IMG/VR virus record: IMGVR_UViG_3300011242_000002
Location: 96,001-160,000 of that record
Direction: 5' to 3' (one strand)
Source: a virus
Taxonomy: Duplodnaviria; Caudoviricetes
DNA: 64,000 nucleotides
Positions 28,701-36,710 of this stretch are shown here, piece by piece. Position numbers and translations under genes: made by a program. Position 1 is the stretch's first letter. Each line of letters starts with the position of its first letter. The notes beneath the pieces were generated by a model. It did no database searches, was not told the origin of the DNA, and worked only from the letters and a program-made list of their open reading frames with translations.

Positions 28701-29409
28701 GGCGGTACTGCAGCTCCAGGGAGCGACGCTGGTAGGTAGCGGTGTAGGTCTCGTTAAAGCCGACCATACGCCGTTGCATGCCGGCAATCTGGTCTAAGAG
28801 AATCGCCTGCTTGGCATTGTCTTTCTGACCGGATACGGCACCGGCGGCCAGGGTGGCCATCAGCTCTTCGTGCTGGGCCTGTGACAGCTCGGCGTTGGCC
28901 GCCGAACCGTGGGTGAAGGCATCCAGCAGCTCGGTGGTGTCAGCGTCGACATCGAGCTTGTCCGGGTCGTCTACCAAGTAGTCCTGCCAGCTCTTTTGAT
29001 CACCGCCGCTGTTGGCCCAGTCTTCTAACCGCTTCGCAATCTTCGCCGGTACCTTGGCACCGTGGATCCCCATGGCCTCACGGGTCAGGTTTTTAAACTC
29101 GTTTACCGAGTCTTTGGTATTCTCGCGAACTTTATCGTATAGGTCATCTTTGAAGCGTAACGTACGATCCACGGTATCCATTGCCGGACCGTAAGAGCGC
29201 GGAAGCATGGATTTGATCAGCCGCTGAGGCACCCCGTAACCGGTGATGCCGTCTGTGAACCCCTCCCACAGACCGGATGCGAAATCTTTAACGATCTCGC
29301 CTTTCTTTTTTGGTTTCTTCGCCCCGCCGTCACCTGATCCGCTGAAATCGTAATCCAGGTCGTAGTCGGGACTGAAGTCGCCAAAATCAAGTTCAAAATT
29401 ATCGGCCAT
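22732..29409 (-). CDS. Tape-measure/tail-associated lysin (phiKZ gp181-like) with C-terminal GH19-type muramidase domain
   Basis: 2225 aa; glycine-zipper segment; HETGGF..EENL.Y and [20 protein letters not shown] GH19 motifs; divergent from vRNAP beta'. Confidence 0.88.
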   Translation of the reverse strand: [2225 protein letters not shown]

Positions 29410-29447
29410 TTGAACACCCTTTTAAGTTACTAATAAAGGACACCATT

Positions 29448-31067
29448 ATGCGATCGGCTATGTTGCCTTTTAACATCGAAATAATGAACCCGCAACGCAT
29501 CCCGTGGTCGATGCTGCGCCCTGTGACATCGCTTGATATCTACGATGGGTTATCCACGGAACTGAACGACGCTGGCCTGTACTCAATCCCCATCTTTGGA
29601 CGGGTAGGGTCAGACGAGCGTGATGAGAAGTTCAGCTATATCCACATTAAAAGCTCCATCTTCCATCCCGAGATCTTTAAGAGCCTGATCGCACTCAAGC
29701 AGATGTATGCCGGTATCCTCTCGGGCAATACGTACGCAGTGTGGGATGAGAATGAAAAGGACTTCATAAAATCATCCGCAATGGAGGGTCAGACCGGTTA
29801 TGCCTTCTTTGTCTCTCACTGGAAAGACATCGACTTTAAGGAAACCGGCTCACCGAAACGCAGTGATAAAATCAAGCTGATCAACAAGTACAAAGACATT
29901 GCGATGTACCGCAACATCCTGGTGCTCCCCGCTGGCCTGCGTGAGATTCAAATCGACCCGGGTAGCAGCCGCACCGTGGAGAACGAAGTCAACGACATGT
30001 ACCGTAAGCTGCTAAGCGCCGCTAACACCATCACAGACGATCCGCAGCTCGCCAATGGGGTTTTGTACGACCCGGTGCGTTGGACGCTGCAGAACCGCTT
30101 TAACGAGCTCTACGAGCACTATGCCGGGATGCTCTCCGGAAAGCGTGGGTTGCTGCAGCAAAAATGGGGTAGTCGTCGCGTGTTTAACGGCACGCGTAAC
30201 GTCATCACCGCTACCCAGCTCGGCACTGAACGTCTGGGGTCGCGTACCGCGCCGGATTTGAACAACACCCGTATCGGTCTTTATCAGTTGGCCCGTGGTG
30301 CCTTGCCGCTGACCATCCACATGCTACAAACCGGCTGGCTGTCCCAGGTGTTTGCCAACGGCACGCTAGCCCGCCTGATTGATCGCAAAACGCTGAAGGC
30401 TTTTGACAGCGAAGTCGATCCGATGACCTTGACCAAGTGGACCACCCAAGAAGGGTTGGAGAAGCTGATCAACGGGTTCCGTGAGCCGCAGCTGCGTAAC
30501 AAGCCGATCACCGTCAACGGTAACTACCTGGGGCTGGTGTACGCCGATGAGCACACCTTTAAAATCTTTGGTGACATCGACGAGCTGCCAACCCACCTCA
30601 GCAAGAAGCACGTCCATCCGATGACCTACACCGAGCTGATGTACCTCTCGGGCTACCGTCGCTGGAACGACCTGTACATGCTCGTGGTCCGCTACCCGAT
30701 CACCGGGATGGGTTCGGTGTACCAAACCAAGGCCTACTGCTGCACCACCATCAAATCCTCGGTCAAGCAGGAACGCGATGAGGGCTGGGAGCCGATTGAA
30801 GGCGCCTATGCTATTGAGTTCCCGACCAACGAACGCGAAGCCGAGTTCATGGAGTCGTTAGCCGTTCACTGCTCCCGCCTGGGTCTGCTCGGCGGTGACT
30901 TCGACGGCGACACCATGGGGGCGACCGTACTGCTCGGCGATGACGTGATTGCCGAATGTAAAGCTTCGCTCGAGAAGCGCGAAACCTACATTACCGGGCG
31001 CGGTGAATTCCTGATTGACCTGACCAACGACACCGTCGACTTCGTGTTAAAATCACTTACCAGCTAA
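29448..31067 (+). CDS. Virion RNA polymerase beta' catalytic subunit (phiKZ gp180-like)
   Basis: GLYSIPIFG, GTRNVI, RYP and GGDFDGD catalytic motifs. Confidence 0.93.
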   Translation: MRSAMLPFNIEIMNPQRIPWSMLRPVTSLDIYDGLSTELNDAGLYSIPIFGRVGSDERDEKFSYIHIKSSIFHPEIFKSLIALKQMYAGILSGNTYAVWDENEKDFIKSSAMEGQTGYAFFVSHWKDIDFKETGSPKRSDKIKLINKYKDIAMYRNILVLPAGLREIQIDPGSSRTVENEVNDMYRKLLSAANTITDDPQLANGVLYDPVRWTLQNRFNELYEHYAGMLSGKRGLLQQKWGSRRVFNGTRNVITATQLGTERLGSRTAPDLNNTRIGLYQLARGALPLTIHMLQTGWLSQVFANGTLARLIDRKTLKAFDSEVDPMTLTKWTTQEGLEKLINGFREPQLRNKPITVNGNYLGLVYADEHTFKIFGDIDELPTHLSKKHVHPMTYTELMYLSGYRRWNDLYMLVVRYPITGMGSVYQTKAYCCTTIKSSVKQERDEGWEPIEGAYAIEFPTNEREAEFMESLAVHCSRLGLLGGDFDGDTMGATVLLGDDVIAECKASLEKRETYITGRGEFLIDLTNDTVDFVLKSLTS

Positions 31068-31077
31068 GGGATGATTT

Positions 31078-34000
31078 ATGATTTTGTATAATAGCTTCTT
31101 TCGTAAGATCTGCGTGCGAAAGAAAGAGCATATCTTCAGCCCGCGCTTTCTGGCCCTCAGCGACTTTGAGCTCCCGCGAGGCGCCCTGTTCCACTACGTG
31201 CCGCAGGACCTGACCGAATACGGCATCGAGCAGCACGACCTGCTGATCAACAAGTACAGCGACGACATCTATATTGACCACGTGCGTCAGATCAAAACGC
31301 CGCTCGGTAACCCGATGGTCAAGACGCTGTCGCTGAACAACATGATCAAACAGTACCACAACAAGCACAAACGCTTTAAGCTGGTGCGTAATATTGCCTC
31401 GGTCATGGCCAACCAGCGCTACTGCATCGTTGAGAACTACGCGATGGCACAGCATCAGCTGAACTACCGCCCGGCAATGTTCGTCAACTACTTCCGCTGG
31501 TACAACATGCAGTACACGGTCATGGAGAAGATGACCGAGCTGCAGCGTGACAGCGAGCGTAACCAGTTCATCTATTTACAGATGCCGGCGTCACTACCAC
31601 AGCTGTCTCAACTGCGCGTCTATGACGAGCGCATGTCAAAGGGCCTGGATAAGGTTCCCGGCACCGGTAACGAAGTGTTCAGTGACGTGAACTTTGCCTC
31701 CGGTTTGGAATCCATGGACGACTATGATCAGGCGCTGGTGCTGAACGTGGCGCTGGAAGCGCTGGAAGACCTGCGTGACTATCACGCCCTGGCCGAGGGT
31801 GAGCGGCTTGACAAAGCCTTTACCCATCAGTTGGATCAGCTGATGCGTTTGGCGACCGGGAACGAAGTCTGCCTGGTGCCGGAAGACCTGCCGGGATTTC
31901 GTCCGTACATGAGCGACCTTAACGCGGGTATCGAAGCCCTGGGTGCCTTCCAGTCGAAGATCATGCGCTTTAAGCCCGAACTGCAGATGTCGGTGATGAA
32001 CCGCCTGCGCACGCCAAGCGACTACTGGTTCATCCACTTCTGGCTGTGGCTCGGTAACCACCGGGAAGCGTCGCTGTTCAGCATGCTCGACCATACGCCA
32101 AAGCAGCTGGAGAAGATCCACTTGGTAATTGGCAACGTCGGGGCCTACACTGTACTGCGCCTTGACGTGGTTGAGAAATGGCGTGAAGAGATCCTCAAGG
32201 CCTCAAAGTCGGGTAATGGGTTAGACAACTTCCGCAAGCACATGCTAAAGTTCATGACCAAGCTGTTCGAGGTGAAAACCGGTGGCCAGGACATTGCGAG
32301 CGAAGACGAACAGGCGGAGATCATCAGCCCGGTCGAGCTGCCGCAAGAGGTGCAGGCCAATGAAACTGACGATGCCGACGTGGGCGACGGAACCGACGAC
32401 GCCCCTGCCCCGGCTGTGCCGAAAACCATCTTTGGTATCGAGGTGCCCAGTGTCGAGGAAACGCCAACGCCTGCGCCGGCTACAAAGCCAGCGAAGAACC
32501 CATCTACTGGTTCAGCGCCTGACGGTGACGAACCCCTTAGCGATATCGACGTCTACGAGCAGCGCAGCTTTAACGACGAGATTGCCGACGATGAGTTCAA
32601 CCACGACCGTGACGGACGTCGGGCACCGACCGTTCCCAACAACACCGTGGAAGCCAAACCAGAAGACGGCGTTAACGAGTACATTGAGGCTCTGTCCGAT
32701 GCCGGCATGTTAACCGCGGCGGAATACAAGCGCTTTAAGCGTCTGGCTGAACAGTACCGGCAGATCCCGAACCCAATGGGACCGGGGACCCTGCTGGATC
32801 TGATGACCATTGACCCGGCGAAGCTGACCAACCTGTCAGGTGGTGAAGCCCCTGATTCGATCAGTATCCTGAACAAGGCGATGTTGTCGACCTGCCTGAA
32901 CAACCTCGACAAGAACTACATCGAGCACGTGCTGGAAGCGGATATTGCCAACGTGGTGATGTCGATTCAGAACACCGGAGTGGCGGTTATTGACTACCAG
33001 CGCGAGGAGCGTCAGGACGCGGTCACCCGGTTCGTGGTCTACACCGTACAGGTGCAACCGGTGGGCGGTAAGGTCTCTACCCTGCGTTTTCGTATTCCGA
33101 AGATTGATCCGGACGGCACCACCCTTACCAACAACGTGAAGAGCCGCGTGCGCAAACAGCGTGTCGATATTCCGATCCGTAAGGTCAGCACCGTCAAGGT
33201 GGCGATGACCTCCTACTACGGAAAGATGTTCATGACCCGCTCGGAGCTCGCCAAGTACGACTACGGCCGCTGGCTGGGCAACCGCGTCAACCTGATGTCG
33301 CTCCCCAACCCGAGCGACTCGACCTACGTACCGCCGATCAGCAACCTGGTGATTGGTCGCTACTTCACGCCGTCGGTCTACGTGCCGCACACCTATGCGA
33401 TCATTGCCCAGCGCTATAAAGGTTTTGACTATCAGGGGGTGACGTTCCTGTTCTCCATCAAGCAGGTGAAAGAGCAGGTCGGTGACGAGCTGTGGGATCG
33501 CTACTACAAGAACAAGCTGGTCATCTGCGGCTTTAAGCAGGGCAGTCCGGTGCTGATGGACAACAACGGCAACCTGTACGTAGCAAACGGTGATGCGCTG
33601 GACCCGCTGGGGGATTTCGAATCCTTCCTCGGCCTGGACGTCAGCAAAGCACCGATTGAAACCGTCGAGCTGCAGATCTTCCGCAAGGCAGTACCGGTAG
33701 GGGTGATCCTGGCCTACTACTACGGTCTGTCCACCATGGTGGAGCAGCTGCAGATGCAGGTGCGCTTTGTGCCACGCGGTGAGCGATTGAAGCTGTCGGC
33801 GGATGAACGTGCGGTCACCTTTAACGATGAGGTGCTGGTGTTTAACCGCAGCGATCGCTTAACCGCCATGCTGCTCAACGGCTTTAACTACTACGAGAAA
33901 GAAGTCCAGCGTTTTAGCCGCTACGACTTTGACCGTAAGTCGGTGTACGCCAACCTGCTGGCTTCGGCCAACCTGGGGGTGCGCTGGATTCGTGAACTTG

Positions 34001-35736
34001 ACCTGCTGCGAGAGATGTTCATCGATCCGATTACCCGTGACGAGCTCAAGCGGATGAATGCACCAACGCGCTGGGATCTGCTATTGCTGCACGGGGTGCG
34101 GATGCTGTTAAACGATCGCCACCTGAAAGAGACCTCCATGCGCGAACAGCGTATTCGTGGTTCCGAACGCGTGGCCGGGGCGGTGTACAAGGAGTTGGTG
34201 AAATCGGCCCGTCAGCTGAAGACCCGCGCGGCGGCCACAAAGGCTGGGATGGAGATGCACCCGGATGCGGTGTGGTACGAGCTGCTCGACGATACGGCAT
34301 CAACCCCGATCGAAGAGTGCAACCCGATCCACAACATCAAGGACTACTCGATTGTCACCTTTGGCGGCACCGGTGGGCGTACGGCACGGTCGATGACCAA
34401 GCCCACGCGTGAGTTCACCGAGGACAACCTCGGGGTAACCTCTGAATCCTCCGTGGATAACTCGGATGTAGGCTATGCGGCACACATGACCTCGGATCCG
34501 TTGATTACCGATCTGCGTGGTAACGCCCAGGCGGCCACCGACGAAACCAACCCGAACCATCTGGTGTCCTTTACCGCAATGCTCAACCCGGGCTCGGATC
34601 GTGACTCCCCGCAGCGTGTGATGTTTACCTCGGTGCAGCACTCGCAGGCAATGTATGCGGTAGGGTATAAAACCACACCGTATCGCACTGGGGCCGAGCG
34701 GATGGTCGCACACCGCGTCAGTAAAATGTTCTCGTATGCGGCAGAAGCGGATGGGGTGGTAAAAGAAGTCAGTGATAAGCACCTGCTGGCGGACTACGGT
34801 GATCGGATGGTGGGCGTGGAGATCGGTACGCGCTTTGGCACCGCATCGGGGACCACCTACGTGCACGAGATCATCACTGACCTTAAGCCGGGCGATAGCT
34901 TCCGTAAAGGGGCGATTTTGGTGTGGAACCGCAACTACTTTGAGCGCGACTTCATGGAACCCGATCAGGTCTCCTGGAAAGGCGGGGTAATTGTTAACAC
35001 CGCGTTGATGGAAGACCAGTTCACCTATGAAGACTCCTCGATGATCTATCGTGGTGTGGGCAAGGACCTGGCAACCTTTACCGGCAAGCCAATCCCCATC
35101 ATCGTGGACTTCAACCAGGAGGTGCGTAACCTGATCACGGTGGGGGAAGAGGTTGAGCAGGAAACAATCTTATGTACCTTAGAACACCAGGTCAGCGCCC
35201 AGCTGGGGCTGGACGACGACGGGAGCTACGACAGCCTGCGCGTCTTTAGCCATGATAACCCGAAAGCGAAAGTGGTCGGGCGGGTGGCCAAGATCGACGT
35301 GCTGTATCGGGGAAACATCGACGACATGTCGGAGTCCCTGGCGGTAATTGCGAACCGCTCGGATCGGGAACGGCGTAAGCTGAACCGAGCCCTGCGGGGG
35401 AACGAGGCCGAAACCGGTGAGGTGATGGGTGGGCTGCGCATCGGTGGCGATACCCTGGAGCCGAAGCAGGCGGTGATCTACGTGTATCTGATCACGCCGA
35501 TGCCTACCATCATTGGTGACAAAGGGGTGTTTGCTAACCAGATGAAGTCGACCTTTGGCTACATCTACGACGAGCAGATCCTAACGGTCAGCGGGAAAGA
35601 GGTCGGAGCGATCTTCTCCAACCTGTCGATTGCGAACCGTATGGTGACCTCACCGTACATCATCGGCGCCATGAACTCTTACCTCGATACGGTCACGAAA
35701 AACGCCTTCAAGCTCTGGAAGTCAATGAGAGGATAA
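31078..35736 (+). CDS. Virion RNA polymerase beta subunit (phiKZ gp178-like)
   Basis: GGTGGR, DRDSPQRVMFTSVQHSQ, TYEDS, GDKGVFANQMKS motifs. Confidence 0.93.
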   Translation: MILYNSFFRKICVRKKEHIFSPRFLALSDFELPRGALFHYVPQDLTEYGIEQHDLLINKYSDDIYIDHVRQIKTPLGNPMVKTLSLNNMIKQYHNKHKRFKLVRNIASVMANQRYCIVENYAMAQHQLNYRPAMFVNYFRWYNMQYTVMEKMTELQRDSERNQFIYLQMPASLPQLSQLRVYDERMSKGLDKVPGTGNEVFSDVNFASGLESMDDYDQALVLNVALEALEDLRDYHALAEGERLDKAFTHQLDQLMRLATGNEVCLVPEDLPGFRPYMSDLNAGIEALGAFQSKIMRFKPELQMSVMNRLRTPSDYWFIHFWLWLGNHREASLFSMLDHTPKQLEKIHLVIGNVGAYTVLRLDVVEKWREEILKASKSGNGLDNFRKHMLKFMTKLFEVKTGGQDIASEDEQAEIISPVELPQEVQANETDDADVGDGTDDAPAPAVPKTIFGIEVPSVEETPTPAPATKPAKNPSTGSAPDGDEPLSDIDVYEQRSFNDEIADDEFNHDRDGRRAPTVPNNTVEAKPEDGVNEYIEALSDAGMLTAAEYKRFKRLAEQYRQIPNPMGPGTLLDLMTIDPAKLTNLSGGEAPDSISILNKAMLSTCLNNLDKNYIEHVLEADIANVVMSIQNTGVAVIDYQREERQDAVTRFVVYTVQVQPVGGKVSTLRFRIPKIDPDGTTLTNNVKSRVRKQRVDIPIRKVSTVKVAMTSYYGKMFMTRSELAKYDYGRWLGNRVNLMSLPNPSDSTYVPPISNLVIGRYFTPSVYVPHTYAIIAQRYKGFDYQGVTFLFSIKQVKEQVGDELWDRYYKNKLVICGFKQGSPVLMDNNGNLYVANGDALDPLGDFESFLGLDVSKAPIETVELQIFRKAVPVGVILAYYYGLSTMVEQLQMQVRFVPRGERLKLSADERAVTFNDEVLVFNRSDRLTAMLLNGFNYYEKEVQRFSRYDFDRKSVYANLLASANLGVRWIRELDLLREMFIDPITRDELKRMNAPTRWDLLLLHGVRMLLNDRHLKETSMREQRIRGSERVAGAVYKELVKSARQLKTRAAATKAGMEMHPDAVWYELLDDTASTPIEECNPIHNIKDYSIVTFGGTGGRTARSMTKPTREFTEDNLGVTSESSVDNSDVGYAAHMTSDPLITDLRGNAQAATDETNPNHLVSFTAMLNPGSDRDSPQRVMFTSVQHSQAMYAVGYKTTPYRTGAERMVAHRVSKMFSYAAEADGVVKEVSDKHLLADYGDRMVGVEIGTRFGTASGTTYVHEIITDLKPGDSFRKGAILVWNRNYFERDFMEPDQVSWKGGVIVNTALMEDQFTYEDSSMIYRGVGKDLATFTGKPIPIIVDFNQEVRNLITVGEEVEQETILCTLEHQVSAQLGLDDDGSYDSLRVFSHDNPKAKVVGRVAKIDVLYRGNIDDMSESLAVIANRSDRERRKLNRALRGNEAETGEVMGGLRIGGDTLEPKQAVIYVYLITPMPTIIGDKGVFANQMKSTFGYIYDEQILTVSGKEVGAIFSNLSIANRMVTSPYIIGAMNSYLDTVTKNAFKLWKSMRG

Positions 35737-35737
35737 G

Positions 35738-36460
35738 ATGAGCGTCAGTGCCATTCGTGAAGTGCAACAACAGTTAAAGGACGCCGGGTTCTACACCGGC
35801 GTGGTAGACGGCGCCTGGGGCAAACTGTCCCGGGACGCCTTAACCGCATGCATTGCAGCAGGTAAAGGTGGAAGTAACATGAGCGGAACAAAGTTGGATA
35901 TTGCCTGGAGTGCGAAGGTCAGTCCGGCCTTCTGTGCCCGAGTGCGTCAGATGGCAATTGATCTGAAGATCCCGGATCTGATGATCAACAGCGGCTACGG
36001 TAACGTTCAGCTGGTTACCGGCGCGGACATGCTGATGGCGTGCATGGCGTTTGAAACAGGCGAGACCTTCAGCCCGACGATTAAGAACGGTGCAGGTGCG
36101 CCCTACTACGGCTTGATCCAATTCGGCAAGGCGGCTGCCACCGACTGCGGGACCACCGTGGAAGCGCTGGTGAAGATGAGCGCGGAACAGCAGCTGGAAT
36201 ACGTGTACAAGTATTTCAAACCGCTGACCGGGAAACTGAGAACCGTCAGCGACCTGTACATGAAGATCCTGTGGCCGGCGGCGGTCGGTAAAGCCGAAGA
36301 CTTCGTGCTGTGGACCCAGCAGGGCCGTCCTACCACGTACCTCCAGAACAAGGGGTTGGACGTGAACAAAGACGGGGCGATTACCAAGGCTGAAGCAGCC
36401 AGTAAAGTTACAGACAAACTGACGCGTGGTCTGCAGCCACAGTTCCGTCGGGCCCTGTAA
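35738..36460 (+). CDS. Modular endolysin: N-terminal peptidoglycan-binding domain plus lysozyme/SLT-like domain
   Basis: VQQQLKDAGFYTGVVDGAWGKLSRDAL (PG binding); MAFETGETFSP...GLIQF catalytic motifs. Confidence 0.85.
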   Translation: MSVSAIREVQQQLKDAGFYTGVVDGAWGKLSRDALTACIAAGKGGSNMSGTKLDIAWSAKVSPAFCARVRQMAIDLKIPDLMINSGYGNVQLVTGADMLMACMAFETGETFSPTIKNGAGAPYYGLIQFGKAAATDCGTTVEALVKMSAEQQLEYVYKYFKPLTGKLRTVSDLYMKILWPAAVGKAEDFVLWTQQGRPTTYLQNKGLDVNKDGAITKAEAASKVTDKLTRGLQPQFRRAL

Positions 36461-36468
36461 TTACTTTC

Positions 36469-36486
36469 GGGGTGTTTCGACACCCC
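36469..36486 (+). terminator. UUCG-capped hairpin after endolysin
   Basis: ggggtgt-ttcg-acacccc; no poly-U tail. Confidence 0.5.
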
Positions 36487-36506
36487 ACCATCCTCGAGGA
36501 GTGTGT

Positions 36507-36701
36507 ATGTCAACGAACACCTACGACAACGCCAACGTGTTGGCGAATATCGTATCAACCACCACAGCGGTGATGGAGGCGATCAGTGGTAACGAGATTG
36601 CTGATCTCAGCGACGTGAAGGACGCTAACGTGATGGCCAACCTGGCCGCAGCCAAGCTGCACAACCTGGTGACCCCTCTTTTAATCAACAGCGCGAATTA
36701 A
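36507..36701 (+). CDS. Small conserved protein (64 aa)
   Basis: Start reassigned to ATG 36507 (GAGGAG RBS). Confidence 0.75.
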   Translation: MSTNTYDNANVLANIVSTTTAVMEAISGNEIADLSDVKDANVMANLAAAKLHNLVTPLLINSAN

Positions 36702-36710
36702 GGACCCATC

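Noticed and set aside
29448-35736. Introns, inteins or homing endonucleases in vRNAP genes (common in this phage group)
   Set aside because: Both ORFs are continuous, of expected size and only 10 nt apart; no intein splice or HNH/LAGLIDADG motifs seen
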